A stretch of DNA of 31,885 nt from Pseudomonadota bacterium (lineage in GTDB: Bacteria > UBA10199 > 2-02-FULL-44-16 > JBDRGF01), in assembly GCA_043818055.1 (NCBI GenBank), contig JBDRGF010000029.1, forward strand, positions 1 through 31,885, written 5' to 3'. Position 1 is the stretch's first letter. The number at the start of each line of letters is the position of its first letter. Below the pieces are notes generated by a model. It worked only from the letters and a program-made list of their open reading frames with translations, was not told where the DNA came from and did not search any database. Positions 9,656-18,483 of the stretch are shown here, piece after piece. A program made the translations under genes and the position numbers.

Positions 9656-11941
9656 ATGAAAGGTCAAATTCTACCAAGAGGGGAGAAACGCCTCTTTTCG
9701 ATGCTGCGCACAGCTGTCTCAGCATCTCCCTTTGCATCACTGGTTACTCATTTAGGTGGGAAGGATAGTCCACAGCCTACTTATGAATCTGCCACTTCTG
9801 CGTTGAACAATCTTGCTGACGGAATTGCAATGCAATCTCCCGGCCTCGGTTACTATCTAATGAATCATGCCGTGCTGACGGATCTCGATGCTGATAGAGG
9901 TACATTACAGGATCTTCGCTTTGAAAGTTTTATTGATGTCATATCTCAAAATGAACAACTCCCGATTCTCTCAACTGCTGTCATGTTGCCCGATGTTTTT
10001 AAAAATCTTCTACTGGAAATCAATCGTACATCTACACAGATGAATGTGCTTATCGGAGGACTTAACCTGCTCGGTATCCCACATCCGGAGAAGATTGTAA
10101 GGTATTTTGGAATTGATGAAGAGAGCCGTATTCCCTGTTCCGTCATTCTAAAAAAAAATAAGAGAAACTGTTTTGATATCTCTATCGATCATTCTATTGA
10201 TTCAAATTCGATCGATATCGATGTCGCCATTCCTGATTGTGTGCAAAAAATATCCAGAGAATACCTGTTGAAGGTGATCTCCAGGGCCTTTGCGTATGGG
10301 GCTGTTCAAAGATTTGTCACACATGATATCAATGCTTCTCTTCGTTCCTTTTCGAAGAAAAATGTAGGCCAGTTACCCGCGTACCTGCTTCTTGCTAGCG
10401 GTCTTGACTATTTCAAGGATTTGATAATTTATCCCAAAGGGTTTGTAAAAGATCCTGTTCAGATGGAGGATTTTTACGATCTTCTAAGCTGGCTAAGCCT
10501 CTGGTCGCGCGCTTGTACGATTCTTAACCGATCTGAGGTCTTTCAAAAATTTATTCAGACGAGGGACGTTCATTCTGAGGAGTGGAAGGGGGTTTTTTTA
10601 TCTAAAAAACTTCGTGGACGGCCGGTGTATTCGGTTATGCCGGATCAGGAACTCCTGGATCGCCTCGGTGAGATAAAGATGCATCCGCTATATGACCCCT
10701 ATTTTAAGAGTCTGCTCCTGCATAAGGAAGTTATGGCATCTATCTTTCAGCCGATTCGAAATCTCCTCTCTCCACCATATGGACTCACCATTGGATTCAC
10801 AAGATCATCTGATGGAATTAAGGTAGGGAGGTGGTCATATGATACCTCTGGGCCAAGTTATAAGGCGGCAGGGAGTGCAATCAAACTCAGCTGCAATAGA
10901 CGCTTTTTGAATCAGGAAAATTTTCTTCGTCTTTTCTGGAGGGTGTCGGTTTTAACACGCAATAGTGGGAGTAATGTCTATTATCCAGCGAAAGGTCTGA
11001 GTACGGTCGACGATCATATTTTGCAGCAGCGCATGTATAGCTTTTCCAACGAAGAACCTGTGAGTCTCACAGATCTTGAAGATGAGATAGGTCTCACATC
11101 TTTTGAGAGGGAGGATTTTAGATATCTGATGCTTCTTTTTAAACATTATAAATTAGTTATGTCGGGTGCTCACAAATCGGGAAAAATTCTAATTGATGGA
11201 AATTTACATCAGGCCTCAAAACAGCACTTCGCTATAGCCCTAAAAGTCATAAAAGCAAATCTTTTATCCAATGCTGGTGAATCGACGCAGGTTGTTTGGG
11301 AAAATGTTTTGAAGGGACAGGCCTGGTTGCTTGGAGAGGGTGATGAAGATCGCGATCCAGTTATTGTGGAGATCACACCATCCGAGAATAGCACGATTGT
11401 ATTTGTCAGAGGAGATTCAACGAAGATCACACGGCTCGACTGGCTCTTTCTCCTGTCCGCTGTTGCAGCGAATGGAAATAGGCCGATACGTCTGGCTTTT
11501 GGTAAAAACAGGGAAATTATTTTTGGCACTAGCGTGCAATTGGTAAAGGATCTGTATGATGCAATTGCCTCAAACTCGCTCAATAGCCCATATCAATTGC
11601 ATGATCCGGCGGCAAAGAGGCCTGAGAATATCGATCTTGAACTGCCGGGAGCTGTTCCCGTCCGTATGAATCCAAACTACGCTTCAGCGACTCTTGATGT
11701 AAAAAAAGAATATATAAGGGCTCTCAGGTGGTTTTCAATGTCGGATGTTCCTCTCAAGTGGCAGCCGTGGGCGGATGATTCCCTTGCAACTGTTAGAAAA
11801 AAATTTAGGGATATGTCTAAAGAGTGCCATTCTGATAGAGGTGCGGATGAAGGGTTGGTCGCTCTTTTGAGAGATTCAAATCAGCACTGGGCGGTGGTTC
11901 TGGACATGCATGGGGAAAAAATAGTGAGTAAGGGAAGTTAA
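9656..11941 (+). CDS. Type B paralog 3, J-like domain with HSD
   Basis: C-terminus DSLATVRKKFRDMSKECHSDRG. Same family motifs. Confidence 0.85.
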   Translation: MKGQILPRGEKRLFSMLRTAVSASPFASLVTHLGGKDSPQPTYESATSALNNLADGIAMQSPGLGYYLMNHAVLTDLDADRGTLQDLRFESFIDVISQNEQLPILSTAVMLPDVFKNLLLEINRTSTQMNVLIGGLNLLGIPHPEKIVRYFGIDEESRIPCSVILKKNKRNCFDISIDHSIDSNSIDIDVAIPDCVQKISREYLLKVISRAFAYGAVQRFVTHDINASLRSFSKKNVGQLPAYLLLASGLDYFKDLIIYPKGFVKDPVQMEDFYDLLSWLSLWSRACTILNRSEVFQKFIQTRDVHSEEWKGVFLSKKLRGRPVYSVMPDQELLDRLGEIKMHPLYDPYFKSLLLHKEVMASIFQPIRNLLSPPYGLTIGFTRSSDGIKVGRWSYDTSGPSYKAAGSAIKLSCNRRFLNQENFLRLFWRVSVLTRNSGSNVYYPAKGLSTVDDHILQQRMYSFSNEEPVSLTDLEDEIGLTSFEREDFRYLMLLFKHYKLVMSGAHKSGKILIDGNLHQASKQHFAIALKVIKANLLSNAGESTQVVWENVLKGQAWLLGEGDEDRDPVIVEITPSENSTIVFVRGDSTKITRLDWLFLLSAVAANGNRPIRLAFGKNREIIFGTSVQLVKDLYDAIASNSLNSPYQLHDPAAKRPENIDLELPGAVPVRMNPNYASATLDVKKEYIRALRWFSMSDVPLKWQPWADDSLATVRKKFRDMSKECHSDRGADEGLVALLRDSNQHWAVVLDMHGEKIVSKGS

Positions 11942-11946
11942 AGATA

Positions 11947-14136
11947 ATGTCATTGAAACATACACAATTACTTACAAGTAACTCAAAGGCCGTTCTTACA
12001 AAGATCAAAAATCATGTAGCTTTACCTCCATTTGCATCTCTTCCGATCGACCGTGAGTTGATGTCACGTCCCTCTTTGGACTATGGGTCAGCCATGCAGG
12101 TGCTCGGTGCTATAGCAGATGGAGTTGCTTATAAATCAGAGCTTGTAGGCTGTTTGCTCATGAATAGCGTAGCGGTGGCAGAGCACATGAGAAGAGGGGG
12201 GACTGCTTTTTTCAACGCCCTTACTATGTTTAACGGTAATTTGCGTCAAATTAAATTTTTAGATGAGAGCACGCAGTCGCCCATTCCGTACGATAGATTT
12301 AAGCCGCTGATTGATGAACTCTACGATCAGAAAGTTCGCGAAAATTGGGTCATGGGTGGACTTAAGATGCTGGGCATCATCCATCCTTTGGATGTCATCC
12401 TTAAATCAGGATTTGATTCTGATCACTTGCATGAATTTAGTATTTATTTCAACCCGGGCGAACATGATACATTTTCCACAGAGGAGAGTTACTATTCACA
12501 TTTGACCAACGCAAGGTTTTCTATCGATATGCCGAAGGGTGATTGCACGCTCTCTGAAGAGGATCTTCAGAAGATTGTGGCTCGCACACTAATTTATTTT
12601 TTAGTAAAGGATTTTGCCTCAGATGAGGTCAAAAAAGATTTAACCACCTTTTCATATGATGAACTGGGGAGACTCCCTGCTGACGGTTTTTTTCTGGATT
12701 TGGGGTGCGATCTGAAGAGGGTGAGATTCTATTCTGCACTCCTTTCAGATAAGTCTAAAATTTTGGACGGCTATCATGAGCTTTTGAATTGGTTGAACCT
12801 CTTTATAGTCGCTTATCAAGACCTATATGGATCTGATAAAAGTGCTGAGTTCAAGAGGAAGCCAGTAAGGATCTCTTTTGTTGATAAATATTGGCAGGAG
12901 ATGACAAGATCTAAAGGAAATATTCAAACTCTACTTGAGCCTGCCTCTCATATTCTCTACCGTCCCCACTCTTCATCGATAAGTGTTGTGGAGGGGTTTG
13001 GCGGAATAGGTGTATCTGTAAAGCCTTATAAATATTTTGCATCTGGTCATTCTATTAATATTACATTTGACAGGGAGACATTAAAACGGATGCGGATCGA
13101 CGATTTTCTCAGCTTAATTTGGAGGATCTCAGTTCTATCGAAAAACAGAAAAAATAAGCAGGGCAGTGCTGTTGAAGTAAATGAACTTCCAGTCTCCGAG
13201 CGATCAGATTTTAAGTTAGTAAGTGGGCGCGAGGATTATTATAAATATGAGAAAATCTCTTTGAATGAGCTGAGAGCTTCAAAAGATCTGACATCCTTTG
13301 AGAGGGAGGGGAATAGAAATTTACAACTGGTCTTTCAACACTATCGCTACTTTATTTCTCAGGGTACTAGCGAGAATAGTATTCAGCTCTTAGGCGATAT
13401 GGAGAAGGGCTCTCAGCATAATTTTGCTATGGCACTCAAGGTGATCGGCGCAAATCTCTCTGCAAAATCTGGCGAAACCTCCCGCATGGTATTGATGAAT
13501 ATTATGAAAGGGAGAACCTGGTTTTTGGGTGAGAGCGCTGAAGGTGATGAAAAACCTATCGTCGATATCACACCCTTTTCGGATAGTGCGATCATCTTTG
13601 TCAGGGGAAAATCGAATAAAATATCTCAGCTCGATTGGCTCTTTATTCTTTGTGCTATGGTGGCCAACAGCGGCAATACCATACGCATAGCGATCGGCAA
13701 TGGGCGGGAAATGATTATGGGACGTGGAAAAAAAATGGCGAAAGGCCTCTATGATGAACTAGCATCAAACAGGCTCAATCCCGCTGGGTTTGTGGATGAA
13801 AATGCCAGGCCTCCCCAATATATCGATTTTGAACTCCCCGGTGATATTTCGGTTACACAAAATCCACATTACTCCCCTGCTGCCGCTGAGGAGAAGCAGG
13901 CGTACTTAAACGCTCTGCTCTGGTTCTCACAATCGGATGTTCCGCTTAAGTGGCAGCCGGTTGCTAATGAATCTCTAAAAAGTGTCAAAAGAAAGTTTAG
14001 GGATATGTCTAAGGCATATCATTCAGACAGGTGTACAGATAAAAAGCTGGTCTCTCTCCTGAGTGATTCAAACCGGCACTGGCAGGCGGTTCTGGAGATG
14101 CACAAACCAAGAGGCAACAACTTAGAAAATGATTAA
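11947..14136 (+). CDS. Type B paralog 4, J-like domain with HSD
   Basis: C-terminus ESLKSVKRKFRDMSKAYHSDRC. Same family motifs; overlaps the next gene by 8 nt. Confidence 0.85.
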   Translation: MSLKHTQLLTSNSKAVLTKIKNHVALPPFASLPIDRELMSRPSLDYGSAMQVLGAIADGVAYKSELVGCLLMNSVAVAEHMRRGGTAFFNALTMFNGNLRQIKFLDESTQSPIPYDRFKPLIDELYDQKVRENWVMGGLKMLGIIHPLDVILKSGFDSDHLHEFSIYFNPGEHDTFSTEESYYSHLTNARFSIDMPKGDCTLSEEDLQKIVARTLIYFLVKDFASDEVKKDLTTFSYDELGRLPADGFFLDLGCDLKRVRFYSALLSDKSKILDGYHELLNWLNLFIVAYQDLYGSDKSAEFKRKPVRISFVDKYWQEMTRSKGNIQTLLEPASHILYRPHSSSISVVEGFGGIGVSVKPYKYFASGHSINITFDRETLKRMRIDDFLSLIWRISVLSKNRKNKQGSAVEVNELPVSERSDFKLVSGREDYYKYEKISLNELRASKDLTSFEREGNRNLQLVFQHYRYFISQGTSENSIQLLGDMEKGSQHNFAMALKVIGANLSAKSGETSRMVLMNIMKGRTWFLGESAEGDEKPIVDITPFSDSAIIFVRGKSNKISQLDWLFILCAMVANSGNTIRIAIGNGREMIMGRGKKMAKGLYDELASNRLNPAGFVDENARPPQYIDFELPGDISVTQNPHYSPAAAEEKQAYLNALLWFSQSDVPLKWQPVANESLKSVKRKFRDMSKAYHSDRCTDKKLVSLLSDSNRHWQAVLEMHKPRGNNLEND

Positions 14137-16246
14137 AAAAATCGGCACACAATTTCCTAAATTATTCTCTGAGATCGGAAGGGCTCTCGAGGGTTCTCCA
14201 TATTGCTCAGTTGCGTCTAAGCTCTCTTCACTCCCCGACGAGGGAGTCGATACTCAAATGGCATCGAATACGCTCTCTGAGATTACAAATGGAGTGGCAA
14301 GGCTCTCTCCAGGACTTGCTCATTCGCTAATCGGATATAATGCTCAATTTGAAAGCACACATTCCCTCCATGATATGAGATTCGCGCTTCTAAATTATGC
14401 AAAAGCGATTAAGGATGAAGAGAGATATAGAGATGCACCCACCTCGTTAATATCATTGATGCATCTCAAAGAGGTTATGATCAGAGCCAACCACAGGGAT
14501 TATCAGATTGATTGGCTCACACAGGGGTTGAAAGGTCTGAGTGTTTTCGATCCTGATGCAATTTTGGAGCATTTTCATTTTCGGGATAAAAGAAGGGTTT
14601 TGGCTCTTCTTCTCAGTCCCGGAGATGAAGATAATATTTCGATAGAGATCAATTACAAGAATAGTTGCGTCCCTGTCGACTTACATCTGACAGTTCCGAA
14701 TAATTTAGAGCAGCTCTCGGAGGAGATGCTCCAACTATTATTTGCGCGTGCTCTTGTATATAATGTTGTTAAAAGTTTCATAACGGAGGAATTTAGAGAG
14801 GCTATATGCTCATTTCCTGAAAATGCCATTAAGCAGCTTCCCCTATCGGCATATTTTAATTATACAATGGACGGCGCAGTTATGACCAGCTTTTATCAAA
14901 GAAATGGCATTGATAGGCCAGAGATCTTTGAGGGGGTCTTGAATTTATTGGATTGGGTTAATCAGATTAGACGATCACATATTTTTTTAACTCTGGCGCA
15001 TAATCTGGAAAATGCATTTCTTCTCCAAATGCAGGATGCATTTTATGATCTTCATAGCCCATATCGTATTCTCAAAGGGTTTTCGTCATTCAAGAGCTAT
15101 CTCGAGAGGGTGCTTCATTCAAAAGGTGTGTCAGATCATATTTTGCAATACGCCAATCGAATTCTTTCACCAAGCTATGCCATCTCAGTGAGTGTCGTTG
15201 ATGATGCAGAGAATGAGATCTCATTTGCTTTTGGTCACCTCGATCCGAATAAGAGCGTTGTGCTCGAATTTAGAATCAAACGTTCTATTTTTAGTAAGAT
15301 GTTATCACACGATTTTCTCACGCTCATATGGTTATCCTCTCAAGAAATAATGAATAGGCGTACTGAGCATGGAGAAAGATCTTTTATCCAGCTATCAGAG
15401 TTGCGCGAATATCAGGGGCTAACAGAGGAGGAGATGGAGTCTGCAACATATCTACAACTTCTCTATGAACATTATCGATTTACCCAATCAGATCGCTCCA
15501 GCTCCAATCAGATTCAAATTCTGGGAAACCTAAATTCATCATCCAAGAAGAGCTTTGGAAAGGTATTAAGAGTGATAGGTGCGCACCTCTCTTCGAATGC
15601 TCAGGAATCAGTTCAGGTAGTTTGGCAAAATGTTATGAAGAGGAGAGGATGGCTTTTAGGCGAGAGCGCACTAAAGAGTGAAAAGAATATGGTTGAAGTA
15701 ACTCCCTTTGCAGATAGCGCAATTATATTTGTCAGAGGAGATTCGACGACATTTTCGCAACTCGATTGGTTGTTTATTCTTGGCGCCATGGCTGCAAATG
15801 GAGAGAGGTTGGTGCGTATCTCAATTGCTAAGGAAAGGGAAATAATAACTGGTGGCAATCAGGCCATGGCGGTTGATTTATACAATGAGATTGCTTCGAA
15901 AGAGATCTACAATCCCTTTGGATGTTTTGATAAGAATGCAAAACAACCTTCTCGTATCGATTTTAAATTTCCCGGCGGAGTTCCAGCTGCACGAAATCCT
16001 AACTTTGAAGGTGCAAGTGCTGATCAGAGGAGGAAATATATAAATGCTATGCTTTGGTTTTCAATGTCAGACGTTCCTTCTCAGTGGCAGCCGATTGCAA
16101 ACGAATCTCTGGGAGAGGTTAAAAAGAAATATAGAGATATGATGAAGGCCTGGCATTCGGATAAGGGGGGGGCGAGTGCTGAACAGGTTTATATAATCAG
16201 TGAGGCTCAGCCTCATTGGGATGCTGTGTTGAATATGCATAAATAG
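14129..16246 (+). CDS. Type B paralog 5, J-like domain with HSD
   Basis: C-terminus ESLGEVKKKYRDMMKAWHSDKG. Same family motifs. Confidence 0.85.
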   Translation: MIKKIGTQFPKLFSEIGRALEGSPYCSVASKLSSLPDEGVDTQMASNTLSEITNGVARLSPGLAHSLIGYNAQFESTHSLHDMRFALLNYAKAIKDEERYRDAPTSLISLMHLKEVMIRANHRDYQIDWLTQGLKGLSVFDPDAILEHFHFRDKRRVLALLLSPGDEDNISIEINYKNSCVPVDLHLTVPNNLEQLSEEMLQLLFARALVYNVVKSFITEEFREAICSFPENAIKQLPLSAYFNYTMDGAVMTSFYQRNGIDRPEIFEGVLNLLDWVNQIRRSHIFLTLAHNLENAFLLQMQDAFYDLHSPYRILKGFSSFKSYLERVLHSKGVSDHILQYANRILSPSYAISVSVVDDAENEISFAFGHLDPNKSVVLEFRIKRSIFSKMLSHDFLTLIWLSSQEIMNRRTEHGERSFIQLSELREYQGLTEEEMESATYLQLLYEHYRFTQSDRSSSNQIQILGNLNSSSKKSFGKVLRVIGAHLSSNAQESVQVVWQNVMKRRGWLLGESALKSEKNMVEVTPFADSAIIFVRGDSTTFSQLDWLFILGAMAANGERLVRISIAKEREIITGGNQAMAVDLYNEIASKEIYNPFGCFDKNAKQPSRIDFKFPGGVPAARNPNFEGASADQRRKYINAMLWFSMSDVPSQWQPIANESLGEVKKKYRDMMKAWHSDKGGASAEQVYIISEAQPHWDAVLNMHK

Positions 16247-16279
16247 AAGTTGTATAACTATTGTTATTGGAGATTTTGA

Positions 16280-18463
16280 ATGACGAGAACTGTTGGAGTA
16301 AAGCTTGCCGGTTTATTTGGTGATCTAAAAGGGGTCATAGGCAGCTCTCCATTTTCATCATTGACCCCCCAGATTGACGAGTTGCCTGATGGCACTATCG
16401 ACTTGAAATCTGCCTCCAACATGCTGGTTAAACTTACAGATGGTGTGGCAAAATTAGATCCCAGCCTTGCGCATTCGCTCATCAGCTTTCCAGTTTTGGC
16501 TGAAAATACAGAGTCGTATTCCGTTATGAACAGTCTTGTTTTCGGTTTTTGTAAGACGATTCGTGAAGCTGATAAATACAGAACGATCCCATCCTCACTG
16601 ATGTCGCTAGAAGTTTTAAAAAAGATGTTATTTAAGGCCAATAACCCGGAGGAACAGGTAGCATGGTTTGAAAAGGGTCTTGAGATGATCGGGATTCCTC
16701 ATTCTGCAGCAATATTTACGAGATTGTTTGATAAAGATAGGGACGGCAGCATAGGTCTTTTTTTCAATACAGTTGAAAATGAACGCTTTGTTGTTGCATG
16801 CGATCACAGAAGCAAGGCTGCAAATATCGATATTCACATCGGAATACCCTCACATGTAACAGGTCTATCGAAAGATGACCTTCATCGGATTATGACGCGA
16901 ACCATTCTGTTTCAATCGATGAGAGATTTGATAACAAAAGATGTAAATGAGAGGTTTACCTCATTTTCTGAAGATGAGATTGCTAATGTTCCTCTCGACC
17001 TGTTCTATTTTAACGCTAGAGGCTCATCAAATAGGCTTCGCTTCTGTAAGGATCGTCTTCTTCAGGGGGCGATTTCTATGGATGTTTTGAATAATCTTTT
17101 CACCTGGTTTTTTATTATGGGAGAGGTGAATACCTGCCATAGGGGGGATGGTACTAATGTTGATATTGTTATTAATGAGATGCTCCATGATACGAGGAGA
17201 AATCTTGTTAAGAGCGTTGAAAAATTGGAGGGAGGGCGCTTCTTAAAGAGATACTGGAAAGATGTGTTTTCTAGTAAGACTTTCGTAAATACAATTCTTC
17301 AACCGATCAATCATATGTTGAGGGCTCCATACAGCATATCAATACGATTAATTTCTGAGGATAGTTGCAATATAGCAATCGTTAGAAATCTCATGCGGAA
17401 CTCCCCAGCCTCCATCATAGATCTTCAATTCAATCGCGAAATATTTTCAAAACTTAAGTTGGAGGATTTTCTTCAGCTCATGTGGAGAATTTCGATTCTG
17501 TCAAATTATCGTCGAGGGATGCGTCATAGTGGAATAAAACCGACAAATGCCTATGGACAGATTTTATTGCAGCGCAAGGGTGTTTTTAAGGGTGAAAAAA
17601 TATCATTGTCCGAGTTGAGGGAGGGTGGCGGTCTTACGAAAAATGAGAGAGAGGGATTTCAATATTTAAAGATCCTCTTTGAACATTATCAGCATGTTAA
17701 ACAAAATCCATCACCACCGGAAAATATTCAAATCTTAGGGGATATGAATAGCGGAGCTCAGGGAAGCTTCGCATTAACCCTTAAAGTTATTGCAGCAAAT
17801 CTTAGATCGAGTGATCAGGAGTTGTTTCAGGTTGTTTTGGAAAATGCCTTGAAAAGGCGGACATGGTTTTTGGCTGAGAGCGGAGGGGAGTCAGATGTTA
17901 CGATTGTTGAGATCAGCCAGTTTGCTGATAGTGCAATACTCTTCGTTAGAGGTGAGAGCGACAACCTGAGTCGACTGGATTGGTTGTTCGTGCTCTGTGT
18001 CATGGCAGCCAATGGCGCCCGTCCGATACAGGTGGGTATTCAAAAAGGCAGGGAAGTTTTACATGGCAGTCATAGTGAATTGCATAATACGCTCTACGGG
18101 AAGATTGCATCGAATAGGCTCAATCCCGATGGTTTTTTCGATGAAAATGTGAAGTCGCCATCCCGCATAGACTTTAGTCTTCCAGGTGGTGTTTCTGTAA
18201 GAGAGAATCCTAATTTCGCCGATTCAAAGACTGAAGCGAGAAAAGCCTATTTAAAGGCCCTTCTCTGGTTCGTGCAATCGGAAGTTCCCGATCAATGGCA
18301 GCCGAGGGCGAATGAATCGTTTGAAACGGTTAGAAAAAAATATTTGGATATGGCCAAAGAGTGCCATTCAGATAGATGTGCGGATGAAAAAATGGTCGCG
18401 TTTTTTAAGGAGTCAAACGAGTTTTGGCAGGTGGTTTTGGATATGCATAAAAAAATGGGATAA
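16280..18463 (+). CDS. Type B paralog 6, J-like domain with HSD
   Basis: C-terminus ESFETVRKKYLDMAKECHSDRC. Same family motifs; GGAG RBS. Confidence 0.85.
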   Translation: MTRTVGVKLAGLFGDLKGVIGSSPFSSLTPQIDELPDGTIDLKSASNMLVKLTDGVAKLDPSLAHSLISFPVLAENTESYSVMNSLVFGFCKTIREADKYRTIPSSLMSLEVLKKMLFKANNPEEQVAWFEKGLEMIGIPHSAAIFTRLFDKDRDGSIGLFFNTVENERFVVACDHRSKAANIDIHIGIPSHVTGLSKDDLHRIMTRTILFQSMRDLITKDVNERFTSFSEDEIANVPLDLFYFNARGSSNRLRFCKDRLLQGAISMDVLNNLFTWFFIMGEVNTCHRGDGTNVDIVINEMLHDTRRNLVKSVEKLEGGRFLKRYWKDVFSSKTFVNTILQPINHMLRAPYSISIRLISEDSCNIAIVRNLMRNSPASIIDLQFNREIFSKLKLEDFLQLMWRISILSNYRRGMRHSGIKPTNAYGQILLQRKGVFKGEKISLSELREGGGLTKNEREGFQYLKILFEHYQHVKQNPSPPENIQILGDMNSGAQGSFALTLKVIAANLRSSDQELFQVVLENALKRRTWFLAESGGESDVTIVEISQFADSAILFVRGESDNLSRLDWLFVLCVMAANGARPIQVGIQKGREVLHGSHSELHNTLYGKIASNRLNPDGFFDENVKSPSRIDFSLPGGVSVRENPNFADSKTEARKAYLKALLWFVQSEVPDQWQPRANESFETVRKKYLDMAKECHSDRCADEKMVAFFKESNEFWQVVLDMHKKMG

Positions 18464-18483
18464 AGTGATAGAGTAAAATAATT

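Noticed and set aside
6670..18012. Similar antisense ORFs recurring in each type B gene (6670-7077, 8976-9191, 11209-11583, 13413-13595, 15613-15858, 17827-18012)
   Set aside because: They are codon-register shadows of the conserved C-terminal region of the sense genes, with variable starts and lengths and no RBS. They are not an antitoxin or immunity family.
5108..18463. Diversity-generating retroelement acting on the paralogs
   Set aside because: No near-identical TR/VR pair differing only at adenines was seen, and there is no RT in the window.
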